DNA from: a phage
Strand: one strand, 5' to 3'
Sequence record: PX667085.1
Length of the DNA stretch: 64,000 nucleotides
Part shown: positions 56,136 to 64,000 of the stretch, in pieces
How positions within the stretch are numbered: position 1 is the first letter of the stretch
How the letters are laid out: every line of letters starts with the position of its first letter
The notes under the pieces: model-generated
The model's input: only the letters and a program-made list of their open reading frames with translations
The model's database searches: none
What the model was told of the DNA's origin: nothing
Program-made: the position numbers and the translations under genes

Positions 56136-56540
56136 ATGAAACAACTTATCATTTTACGTGGCGTTTCAGGTGCTGGTAAATCTACAGTAGCAGAAATTAT
56201 TTCTGAAGGTTATTGGCCTATCTGTGAGGCAGATCAATATCATTACACAGAGAGTGGTGTTTACGATTGGAAGCCAGAAAATGTAGGTAAAGCACACGCA
56301 TGGTGTCAGGGTATTGTTCGTGATGCTATGGCATCTAATCTTAACAAGATTATTGTTTCTAATACTTCAACCACAGAGAAAGAACTTAAACCTTACCTAG
56401 CTCTTGCTGAAAAGTTTGGTTATCAAGTTATCTCTTTAGTTGTTGAAAATAGGCACGGTAATGATTCAATTCACGAGGTTCCACAATATATCCGTGATCA
56501 GCAAGAGAAACGTCTTCGTGGTTCACTTAAACTTCAATAA
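56136..56540 (+). CDS. P-loop polynucleotide 5'-kinase-like protein
   Basis: Walker A GVSGAGKST; 134 aa kinase-domain size; start abuts upstream stop. Confidence 0.55.
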   Translation: MKQLIILRGVSGAGKSTVAEIISEGYWPICEADQYHYTESGVYDWKPENVGKAHAWCQGIVRDAMASNLNKIIVSNTSTTEKELKPYLALAEKFGYQVISLVVENRHGNDSIHEVPQYIRDQQEKRLRGSLKLQ

Positions 56541-56549
56541 GGAGAAATA

Positions 56550-56876
56550 ATGCAGATTTATACAGATGATCGTAAATATGAGACAATTTTAGATGAAGAT
56601 ACTGGACGAATTACCGTTCTCCGTCACGGTGAAGAGTGGCGTGATGAAACGGGAGACAATTATATCTTGTCTCTGATTCATCTTATTGAACAAATGCGTG
56701 ATGATTACGCTGAACTGCATTATGAAAATGAGGCTAATAAAGTAAAATTTGAAAATGAATTAGAAGAGAAAGAATCCGAAATGGTATATCTAAAAGAAGA
56801 GATCTCCCGTTTGGAGGAAGAGATTGATGCTCTTCAAGAAGAGATTTACGAACTCAACAACGAACTTAACGCTTAA
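56550..56876 (+). CDS. coiled-coil protein
   Basis: 108 aa; C-terminal heptad-like EEISRLEEEIDALQEEIYELNNELN. Confidence 0.4.
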   Translation: MQIYTDDRKYETILDEDTGRITVLRHGEEWRDETGDNYILSLIHLIEQMRDDYAELHYENEANKVKFENELEEKESEMVYLKEEISRLEEEIDALQEEIYELNNELNA

Positions 56877-56885
56877 GGAGGGATT

Positions 56886-57077
56886 ATGAAAAAAGATATC
56901 GTTGTTGTTGGTTGGCTGACTTGCCCTTGTGGTAGTAATGACATAACTGTAAACACAGAGGGTGATAAAAATTATTTATTCTACGGGGATAAAATCACTT
57001 GCAATACCTGCGGACGTGTTGGTATTATAGAAACCGATGATTGTTGTGCTTTTGAATCTTGGGATGAAGAAGAATGA
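56886..57077 (+). CDS. small zinc-ribbon protein
   Basis: 63 aa; CPCG...CNTCG...CC. Confidence 0.4.
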   Translation: MKKDIVVVGWLTCPCGSNDITVNTEGDKNYLFYGDKITCNTCGRVGIIETDDCCAFESWDEEE

Positions 57078-57295
57078 GTACTGCATTTTATGTTCGTAGC
57101 GGAGACGAGGATTTTCTAGCTACTTTTGATGACGGTGATCTTGAAGATATGTATGAAGATATGCTTGACTATGCCAAAAGGCAAGGTTTCACAAGCATTG
57201 ATTACATGTTGGCAACATCTACAACGTTACTCGACGCAGATTTGGATGAAGTGTGTAACAGATTGAAAATTTCAGTTTTTAAATGGGAGGACTAA
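57074..57295 (+). CDS. small acidic protein
   Basis: 73 aa, Asp/Glu-rich. Confidence 0.35.
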   Translation: MSTAFYVRSGDEDFLATFDDGDLEDMYEDMLDYAKRQGFTSIDYMLATSTTLLDADLDEVCNRLKISVFKWED

Positions 57296-58410
57296 TGCAA
57301 CAAACAAATCAAACGCTGTATGGTAAAGATTCAAAAGGAAAACTTAAACAGTGGACAGTGTATACAGATGGTGCAGTTGTTACTGTAGCTCATGGAAGAG
57401 TAGGTGGAAAAATCACAGAAAAATCTTATACAGCAGAAGCAAAAAACATTGGTCGTTCCAATGAAACAACACCGGAAGAACAAGCTGAACTTGAAGCTTT
57501 TGCCAAATGGACAAAACAGTTAAAGAATGGCTATTATAAAACAAAAGAAGAAGCTGAAAACCATGTTCCTTCCACACCAATGAAATGCCAGGATTATAAA
57601 GATTATCCTGAAAGGGTTGTGTTCCCTGGTTATGCACAATACAAACTGAACGGGTTACGTTCTATGATTAACATGAAAGGAGAGTGTTTATCAAAAGCTG
57701 GGGAAGTGTATAACCTGCCACCTCATTGGAAAGGTATTCCAAACTTTATTAGTGAAGTTGTTGGTCATCCTCTTGATGGTGAAGTGTTTGCTGGGTTAGG
57801 TGTCCTTAGTCTGCAACAAATTAACAGCGCCTGGAAGAAGCATAATGCAAATACACCTTTGCTGAATTATTACGTATACGATATTCCAGTTCCAGATCTA
57901 CCGTTTGAAAAACGTGTTGATGTTCTTGCTGCTCTTAAGGCAGTAGTTGAAGATTATGGTCTTGATGAGCTTATTTGTGTAGTTCATACAGAGTATATTG
58001 AAAACCAAGAACAGTTTGATGCTTTCTATGAAAAAGCTTTACTTGAGAAAGCTGAAGGTGTAGTATATCGTAATGCTCACGGAGTTTACGAATTTGATAA
58101 ACGTTCTTATGACGTTATTAAACGTAAGCCTCGCCATACCCTTGAAGTTAAAGTAACAAATTCAAAAAGTGATAAAAATGGCGATGGAGTGTTGACAGGT
58201 GAGATGGAAAATGGTAAAGTAGTCGAATTCTTAATGCGTAAAGATGCTCATGAGACTATCAATTATCGTAAAGCAGAGAATGCTTCTACCTTGATTAATC
58301 AGTTTGTTGAAATAGAGTATGAAGAATTTTCAGATGAAGGTATTCCAACAAAACCTGTTGGTGTTCGTATTCGAGAAATGATCCCAGGCACTTGGGAACC
58401 AGCAGAATAA
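57283..58410 (+). CDS. ATP-dependent DNA ligase
   Basis: motif I KLNGLR, motif III DGEVF, motif IV EGVVYR, motif V VIKRK; 375 aa. Confidence 0.65.
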   Translation: MGGLMQQTNQTLYGKDSKGKLKQWTVYTDGAVVTVAHGRVGGKITEKSYTAEAKNIGRSNETTPEEQAELEAFAKWTKQLKNGYYKTKEEAENHVPSTPMKCQDYKDYPERVVFPGYAQYKLNGLRSMINMKGECLSKAGEVYNLPPHWKGIPNFISEVVGHPLDGEVFAGLGVLSLQQINSAWKKHNANTPLLNYYVYDIPVPDLPFEKRVDVLAALKAVVEDYGLDELICVVHTEYIENQEQFDAFYEKALLEKAEGVVYRNAHGVYEFDKRSYDVIKRKPRHTLEVKVTNSKSDKNGDGVLTGEMENGKVVEFLMRKDAHETINYRKAENASTLINQFVEIEYEEFSDEGIPTKPVGVRIREMIPGTWEPAE

Positions 58411-58419
58411 GGAGGAAAA

Positions 58420-58614
58420 ATGTTCTTAGCCATTTTAATCGTTTTCAGTGTGCTTTCTTTTTATTGTATGAATGCTTCGGAAAGCTTTCCTAAGAATTCA
58501 AAGAAAAGAACCGTATGTATTGCGATTGATTCATGTATGTCTGGAGTTGGGTATGCGGTAGTTTCTTGTTTCTTAGCTTATCATTGTGCAAAATACCTAG
58601 AGGCATTTTTATGA
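58420..58614 (+). CDS. small membrane protein
   Basis: 64 aa with hydrophobic helices. Confidence 0.35.
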   Translation: MFLAILIVFSVLSFYCMNASESFPKNSKKRTVCIAIDSCMSGVGYAVVSCFLAYHCAKYLEAFL

Positions 58615-58793
58615 TAATTTTAGCAACAATTCTTATGATGTTGATAGCCATTGCTATTGTAATTCTGGCATCTTTTCCGGCGGATAAATGGTATTTCAAT
58701 ATTCCGCGTATGCTTGTTTTCGGTTTCGCAGGAATTTACATGGGTGAGACTGTAGTAAATATTAGCAACTTTCTAGAAAGCTATTTTAAATAA
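58611..58793 (+). CDS. small membrane protein (start revised)
   Basis: ATG at 58611 overlaps upstream stop (ATGA); MIILATILMMLIAIAIVILA...; track ORF 58533 is in same frame upstream. Confidence 0.35.
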   Translation: MIILATILMMLIAIAIVILASFPADKWYFNIPRMLVFGFAGIYMGETVVNISNFLESYFK

Positions 58794-58802
58794 GGAGTTA
58801 TA

Positions 58803-59528
58803 ATGATCGAGAATTTTTTTAAAGATATTAAATTCGATACTGAATTTTTCAAAAATGCAGCAAAGCACGTGATTGATTGGAATGCCAAAGCACGAGGTGG
58901 TGAACAACCTGAATTCACTCAAGAGCTATTTATGTCCCAAATCGGGTTCGTTCGTGAAGAGCTTAAAGAGTATGAAACAGCCGCGAAAGTAAACGATCAT
59001 GTAGAACTCTTGGATGCAGCAGCGGATATTTTTGTAGTATCCAGTTATCTTACTTACATGTTCTTTGGTGAAGAACATACGATGAATTTCTTGGACTATG
59101 CTGTAGGCGATGTTTTTACTCCAACTGTGTATACTGATTTTGATGCTTTGGAACAAACATTTACAGAGCCAGTTCAAATGGCACTAATGGCTGCTGGTAT
59201 TATGCGTATGTCTCGTGACACTCTAATCCGTTCAAAATATCCAGAAAAGAAAGTTATTAAAGAGGTATTGAAAAGTAATGATTCCAAGTATCCAACTAAA
59301 CAACAATTGCTGAAAACTTGGAAAACTTCAGATATCGATTCAGCCATTGCACAAGAATGCGCTGCAATTGAAGAACGAAATGCCAATCGTCCAGAAGGGG
59401 CATACACTGGTGTTCATGCTGTTTATAATGAAAAACAGAAAGTGTATGTGTTCTTTGATGATAAAGGTAAGATCATGAAACCATCGACCTTTGTCAAACC
59501 TAATATTGCAGGTATTATTAACAAGTAA
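58803..59528 (+). CDS. MazG-like nucleoside triphosphate pyrophosphohydrolase (tentative)
   Basis: acidic helix REELKEYETAAKVNDHVELLDAAADIFVV resembling the EExxE...D metal-binding motif. Confidence 0.35.
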   Translation: MIENFFKDIKFDTEFFKNAAKHVIDWNAKARGGEQPEFTQELFMSQIGFVREELKEYETAAKVNDHVELLDAAADIFVVSSYLTYMFFGEEHTMNFLDYAVGDVFTPTVYTDFDALEQTFTEPVQMALMAAGIMRMSRDTLIRSKYPEKKVIKEVLKSNDSKYPTKQQLLKTWKTSDIDSAIAQECAAIEERNANRPEGAYTGVHAVYNEKQKVYVFFDDKGKIMKPSTFVKPNIAGIINK

Positions 59529-59584
59529 TGTTGTAAGCCGCCCTTTACGGGCGGTAATGTGAGATGTATTAAATAGGAGGAAAC

Positions 59585-60463
59585 ATGTTTGTAAAATCTT
59601 TTAAATCCGCTCTGCCTATGGTTGTTGGTGACGATGCTTCTGTAGCATCCCTTAACAGCATTACAGATATTCCTCTGGAATTTGTAACAGCAGAAGGCTC
59701 CCAGTCACACACTATCGGTCTTGTTCGTTTCGAAGATGACTCTAAATTTGTAAAAGAGTTTTCAGATCTTGAACTGCTTAATGTAGGTCAATCTGTGAAG
59801 AAGGTAGATAAAAAGAAAGTTAAACGTATTCTGAATGAACGTCTAGAAGAAATGCGTCAGGACATGGAGAGCGAAGGTAAAGAGTTTTATGTCGATAAAG
59901 AAGTAGTCAAAGCAATGAAGGAAGATATTGAATTTGCACTATTGCCTGAAACAGAACCTGAAGATTTCTTTAACTATGTTGTCTTGGATAAAACTACGAA
60001 TCTTCTTTATGTTCTTAATGGAAGTAAAAAGGTTGCAGAAGAGATTACTTCTTTCCTCCGTTCCGTTCTGGGGACTTTCCCTTCGGTAGGTTTTAGTGTG
60101 CACGAAGAAGCTATTGTAAAAGGTTTTGGTGAATTGCTGGAGAATCATGAAGCAGATCGTATTACTCTCGGAAATTATATCAAAATGGAGGATAGCGAGG
60201 GCGTTGTTGTTTGGAGTAAAGAATCCCTATACGAGTCTAAAGCTGTCGAACTAAAAGAAGATGGTAAAGATGTGGTTGCAATCGGTCTTGAATATGACGG
60301 TGTTGTAGATTTTGTAGTGGATAAAGAGTTTAAACTTTCTAAACTACGTTTTCCGAAATATTTTGCAGACGAAGAAGGTAGTATTGAAGCTTCAGTCCTT
60401 CTGTGCTTCAATGAGATTCGAGGTCTGATGGAAGATTTAACCAAAGCAACAATCCTTAAATAA
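59585..60463 (+). CDS. hypothetical protein
   Basis: 292 aa, acidic, SD AGGAGGAAA. Confidence 0.4.
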   Translation: MFVKSFKSALPMVVGDDASVASLNSITDIPLEFVTAEGSQSHTIGLVRFEDDSKFVKEFSDLELLNVGQSVKKVDKKKVKRILNERLEEMRQDMESEGKEFYVDKEVVKAMKEDIEFALLPETEPEDFFNYVVLDKTTNLLYVLNGSKKVAEEITSFLRSVLGTFPSVGFSVHEEAIVKGFGELLENHEADRITLGNYIKMEDSEGVVVWSKESLYESKAVELKEDGKDVVAIGLEYDGVVDFVVDKEFKLSKLRFPKYFADEEGSIEASVLLCFNEIRGLMEDLTKATILK

Positions 60464-60496
60464 GTTCTTGACTTGCGGGATTAGTTATGATATTAT

Positions 60497-60526
60497 GCCT
60501 ACCTACTTAATGAGGTAGGCTTTTTA
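60497..60526 (+). terminator. hairpin plus T tract (terminator or 5' leader structure)
   Basis: GCCTACCT...AGGTAGGC hairpin followed by TTTTT, just before SD of 60536 ORF; overlaps a TTGACT-N17-TATTAT promoter-like pair at 60468-60496. Confidence 0.45.
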
Positions 60527-60535
60527 GGAGGCGTT

Positions 60536-60745
60536 ATGAAAAAGATTCTGACAGTCGTTCTTTTAGCTTTTAGTTTCACAGTAGCAGCAGGTCAAATTAC
60601 TTTAATCTTGTCTGATTCTGAAGTTAATGGCAACACAAAATATTGCTACTATTCTAACGCTAACCAAGATGAAGTTATAGCAATCCCGAAAAGTCGTCAA
60701 TGTCCGTATACTAAAACATTCTCAACAGAGGATGACGATGAATAA
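60536..60745 (+). CDS. small secreted protein
   Basis: 69 aa; signal peptide MKKILTVVLLAFSFTVAAGQ; two Cys; acidic tail. Confidence 0.45.
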   Translation: MKKILTVVLLAFSFTVAAGQITLILSDSEVNGNTKYCYYSNANQDEVIAIPKSRQCPYTKTFSTEDDDE

Positions 60746-60757
60746 TTAGGGGGAAAT

Positions 60758-61876
60758 ATTAGCGGTTATATTTTAATTAAACCTGAAGATCTTCATTTAT
60801 ATGTCAACGAAGAAACAATAGCTGCAATTGATTATGATCAGATCGCTTTCCAAGCAGCATCTGCATTAGAGAAAAGAACAATCATTGCGAAGCACATCCC
60901 TTCAGGTGCTCAAAAGGAATTTAAAAATAAGACAGAGTTTTGGGGTAAAAGCAAGACTAAAATTGGAGGTTGGCTAGGAGATACAAATGCAGAAAGAGCC
61001 TCCAAAAACAAACGTCCCTTCACAAAGGAAGAGTTCGAAATCATTGATAAGCAATACCCGCCAGAAGATATCGGACACACCTTCCAAGCAGCTAAAACAA
61101 AAGTCTTAGGTATTCTAAAACATCTACGTTTAGAAAAATATTGCGGAGTTATTGGCGTAGGAAAAACTTTCAGACACGCCTTCAAAATGCCTGTAGAATA
61201 TAAGTCTGAACGATTAGATATTAAACCACTTCAGCTTTCAGAAACCAAAGATTATCTTGTGGAGTTCCACAATGGTGATGTTGTTACTGTAATAGAGGCT
61301 GACGATGAGTTAGAGAAGTATGGTTTCCAAGGTTATAAAGATTATAAAAGGACGGGTAAATTTTCTTATATCGTAGTGTCTATAGATAAAGATAGTTTAC
61401 ATACTCCTAGTATCCTTTTTAATTTCTACAAAGAGGATGGAGTATTTAAAAATCCAGATATAATTCTTATTGACGAGTCTATTGGCGACATATGGATCGT
61501 AGATAAAGGTAAAAAGAAAGAAGTTAAAGGTTGGGGAAGTTATTGGTTAGCCTATCAGATGCTAATGGGAGATAAAACAGATAGTATCCGACCTTATCAA
61601 GATTTTGATATTAAGTTTGGAGATATTACTTGTTTTAATCTTCTTTCAGCTTGTAAAACTCAAGCAGAGCTTTTCCAAACAGTTAAAGATACTTACTACT
61701 CGTGGTTCCCAGATGGTGTTAATTTTACTTCTTGGGATGGAGAAGAAGTCCATATGACAACAGACGAATGGATAGAAACAATTTTCCAGTTGGTATACAT
61801 GAAACGCTGGGACAATGACGATACAACATTTGAGAGTATGCTTCAGTCATACATCTCACAACAGGAGGCAGAGTGA
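60758..61876 (+). CDS. 5'-3' exonuclease / flap endonuclease (RNase H-like); start codon non-canonical and uncertain
   Basis: motifs IAAIDYDQIAF, VIEADDE, MLMGDKTDSIRP; the first is encoded upstream of first ATG (61187) in an open frame with no ATG/GTG/TTG; ATT at 60758 follows GGGGGAA. Confidence 0.55.
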   Translation: MSGYILIKPEDLHLYVNEETIAAIDYDQIAFQAASALEKRTIIAKHIPSGAQKEFKNKTEFWGKSKTKIGGWLGDTNAERASKNKRPFTKEEFEIIDKQYPPEDIGHTFQAAKTKVLGILKHLRLEKYCGVIGVGKTFRHAFKMPVEYKSERLDIKPLQLSETKDYLVEFHNGDVVTVIEADDELEKYGFQGYKDYKRTGKFSYIVVSIDKDSLHTPSILFNFYKEDGVFKNPDIILIDESIGDIWIVDKGKKKEVKGWGSYWLAYQMLMGDKTDSIRPYQDFDIKFGDITCFNLLSACKTQAELFQTVKDTYYSWFPDGVNFTSWDGEEVHMTTDEWIETIFQLVYMKRWDNDDTTFESMLQSYISQQEAE

Positions 61877-62832
61877 GCAGATTAACAGAAGAGCAGAAAG
61901 CAGATATCCTTAGTATGAGTGCAGAGGGTATGTCTTCTCGCAATATTGCAGCAATTGTTTTAGGTAGTCCAACAAGAAAAAGCACAGTAAATGATTTCCT
62001 TGCACGTTTCGGTGCAAGTAAACAAGAGCCAGTTAAAAAGAAACAACCAGTTATTAAAATTATTGATGTTGAAACTGCACCAGAGATTGCATATACTTTC
62101 CGTCGATTCAAAGCCTTCATTTCTCCAGACCAGGTAATTCGTAGGGGTTATTTGTTATCTTACTCTTCTGCTGATTTGTATACAGGTGAAGTAGAAGGTA
62201 AGAACTTATCTTCTTATCCTCTTTTCGATATCGATCATACAGATGATTGGGAACTTTGCCAAGATCTTTGGAATCTTCTGAATGAAGCTGATGTTGTTGT
62301 GGCTCACAACGGATATAAGTTTGACCGTGCATACATTAACCAACGATTTGCATATCACGATATGGCTCCTCCTTCTAATTATGTAGTTGTTGATACATTG
62401 AAGGCAGCTAAGAAACAATTTGCACTTCCTTCCAACTCCCTTAAAGAAATGGGAGCATATTTCGAAACAGAAAGTGAAAAACTGGATAACGAGGGGTTCC
62501 CTTTATGGAAAGCATGTTGTGAAGGTGATCGTGATGCTTTTGAACGTATGCAGATTTACAATGATGGTGATGTTGTTTCACTCCGTGATTTGTATATGAA
62601 AATCCTTCCGTGGATTCCACAGCATCCTAACTTATCCGCTTATTACCCAGATGAGAAGGTCCGTTGTTCTCGTTGTGGAAGTGATCACGTTCACGTTGTT
62701 ACTGGTAAACAATACCACACTGCGGTAAGTTCTTTCGATATCATTCGTTGTGAATCTTGCGGAGGTTTGTCACGTAGTAGAGCAAACACCAGATCCAAGG
62801 ATAAACGAGCAGCAACTATTATTGGAATCTAA
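61873..62832 (+). CDS. DEDD-family 3'-5' exonuclease with N-terminal HTH and C-terminal zinc ribbon
   Basis: Exo I IIDVETAPE, Exo II VVAHNGYKFDRAY, Exo III YNDGDVVSLRDLY; CSRCGSDH...CESCGG. Confidence 0.6.
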   Translation: MSRLTEEQKADILSMSAEGMSSRNIAAIVLGSPTRKSTVNDFLARFGASKQEPVKKKQPVIKIIDVETAPEIAYTFRRFKAFISPDQVIRRGYLLSYSSADLYTGEVEGKNLSSYPLFDIDHTDDWELCQDLWNLLNEADVVVAHNGYKFDRAYINQRFAYHDMAPPSNYVVVDTLKAAKKQFALPSNSLKEMGAYFETESEKLDNEGFPLWKACCEGDRDAFERMQIYNDGDVVSLRDLYMKILPWIPQHPNLSAYYPDEKVRCSRCGSDHVHVVTGKQYHTAVSSFDIIRCESCGGLSRSRANTRSKDKRAATIIGI

Positions 62833-62838
62833 TAATCA

Positions 62839-62861
62839 GGGAGCTTATTGCTCCCTTTTTT
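62839..62861 (+). terminator. rho-independent terminator
   Basis: GGGAGC-TTATT-GCTCCC followed by TTTTTT. Confidence 0.65.
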
Positions 62862-62862
62862 A

Positions 62863-62891
62863 TTGACAAAAATTTAATATTAGTGTATACT
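62863..62891 (+). promoter_or_regulatory. sigma70-like promoter TTGACA-N17-TATACT
   Basis: TTGACA 62863-62868, TATACT 62886-62891; same arrangement as promoter at 2609. Confidence 0.6.
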
Positions 62892-62918
62892 CTGCTAACC
62901 ACAATAAAAGGAGGAAAT

Positions 62919-63146
62919 ATGAGCATTACATTAACAGGTAACGAAATTTTCGAACTGTTTGAAATGTTAGGTTTAAACTATACCATCGAGAAAGACCCAG
63001 ATTTACTTGACGTTGAAATAACAATTCAAGAAGATACAGCAATCTACAATGATGATGGTGATGTTATCTATCAAGGTAGGGTAGCTTATTATACAGATTA
63101 CCCAGAAGAAGGCGCAGTAGGAATTCAGGAGGAAAATTATGTCTAA
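62919..63146 (+). CDS. hypothetical protein (start revised to ATG with SD)
   Basis: AAAGGAGGAAATATG; product MSITLTGNEIFELF...; track start 62883 lies within the promoter. Confidence 0.4.
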   Translation: MSITLTGNEIFELFEMLGLNYTIEKDPDLLDVEITIQEDTAIYNDDGDVIYQGRVAYYTDYPEEGAVGIQEENYV

Positions 63147-63540
63147 TGCTTTTGATAATCAGGTTGACGGTGATCACTACACAAAAATGGCAATGCAACC
63201 TATTGAACTAGCTTATTTGGTTGGTGGCACACCTTGTTTTTGCAAATTGGCAAAATACGCAACACGTATTAAAGGTGAACGTCAGATTAACCTAGATAAA
63301 GCTATTCATTGTATTGAACTAGAAAGAACCCTTATGCAAAATAACACGTATATGGTTCGTGAAAATTATCCATCTATGACAAATGCAGCTAAACATGATC
63401 AAGCTATGCTTCTTATTGATTTCTTCACAAAAGATCCTTTAATCCGAGTGGCACTGAAACACATGTATAACTCTTCTTATGTAGATGCAATTGAAGCTAT
63501 TAAACAACTTAAGGAACGTATTAGTGGCGAGCAATACTAA
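63139..63540 (+). CDS. hypothetical protein
   Basis: 133 aa, coupled (ATGTCTAATG overlap). Confidence 0.4.
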   Translation: MSNAFDNQVDGDHYTKMAMQPIELAYLVGGTPCFCKLAKYATRIKGERQINLDKAIHCIELERTLMQNNTYMVRENYPSMTNAAKHDQAMLLIDFFTKDPLIRVALKHMYNSSYVDAIEAIKQLKERISGEQY

Positions 63541-63728
63541 ACAATATGGAGCAGGAGAAGTTTATAAAATATTCAACCGAAAAGGTGATAAACTTTTACT
63601 AACTTTGACTATTCCAGAAACAATGTGCAAGGCGGGGTTAGACCGCCTTTTGTTTTTTAAACACAATATCCCACCAGGGGAATATACAGCTAAAAAGGTG
63701 AGCAATATTGGCAGGTGAACCAAAAATA

Positions 63729-64000
63729 ATGTGGGGTGAAGGAACACCCTGGAAAACACAAGCTGAATTTTATACTTATCTTAGGGGATGTTTTAGAAAA
63801 GCATGGATGAGACACCCTAATAAAATTAAGGTTATCAATGCAAGGCGTTTTAAAGTTGATCGAGTAGATAAAGACGGCAATGTGATGATAGACAAGAAAA
63901 CTGGAAAACCAAAACAAGTTTGGAATTGTGAGTGCGAAATATGTGGACATAGAGGAGGAATGAAAGACTTCCAAGTGGATCATATTCACGCAGCAAAACA
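63729..64000 (+). CDS. putative HNH endonuclease, 3'-truncated by window end
   Basis: translated by eye: ...NCECEICGHRGGMKDFQVDHIHAAK, Cys pair plus DH..H; runs off window. Confidence 0.35.
   Translation, partial: MWGEGTPWKTQAEFYTYLRGCFRKAWMRHPNKIKVINARRFKVDRVDKDGNVMIDKKTGKPKQVWNCECEICGHRGGMKDFQVDHIHAAK

Noticed and set aside
60468-60496. TTGACT-N17-TATTAT promoter immediately upstream of the 60497-60526 hairpin
   Set aside because: The predicted transcript would start inside a terminator-like hairpin; the promoter may be real with an attenuator-like leader, but the two overlapping signals cannot be separated by eye, so it is not listed as a confident promoter.
60536-61876. Stop-codon readthrough fusing the secreted small protein to the flap endonuclease
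   Set aside because: A signal peptide fused to a replication nuclease is biologically implausible; a non-canonical start or reinitiation after the TAA is the simpler explanation, though not excluded without data.

Overview
This 64 kb window reads as a slice of a virulent tailed-phage genome of the contractile-tail (myovirus) type, arranged in blocks whose boundaries carry hairpin terminators and TTGACA-type promoters. The blocks are: a plus-strand replication block (1-9.1 kb: primase-helicase, family-A DNA polymerase, SSB, methyltransferase-like and nucleotidyltransferase-like genes); a long minus-strand virion and lysis block (9.1-47.9 kb: receptor-binding proteins, baseplate, tape measure, sheath, tube, lambda-like capsid and decoration proteins, portal, terminase, spanins); a minus-strand array of 14 tRNA genes (48.1-50.0 kb); a palindrome-rich divergence region (51.0-51.5 kb); and a plus-strand early block of nucleic-acid enzymes (51.5-64 kb). 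The most interesting candidate is a translationally coupled three-gene operon at 54.65-56.54 kb (metallophosphoesterase, RNA-ligase-like nucleotidyltransferase, P-loop polynucleotide kinase) that has the parts list of an RNA healing-and-sealing pathway; with the tRNA array and a CCA-enzyme-like nucleotidyltransferase at 7.1 kb it suggests a tRNA maintenance and counter-defence module. Other well-supported observations are a mini-intein in the terminase P-loop, a -1 frameshift site joining the two tail chaperone ORFs, a flap-endonuclease gene with no canonical start codon, and a tRNA-Asn with an extended variable arm. Every functional call comes from reading motifs in the supplied translations and sequence by eye; no database search, alignment or folding program was run, and coordinates of small RNA and regulatory features are approximate to a few bases.
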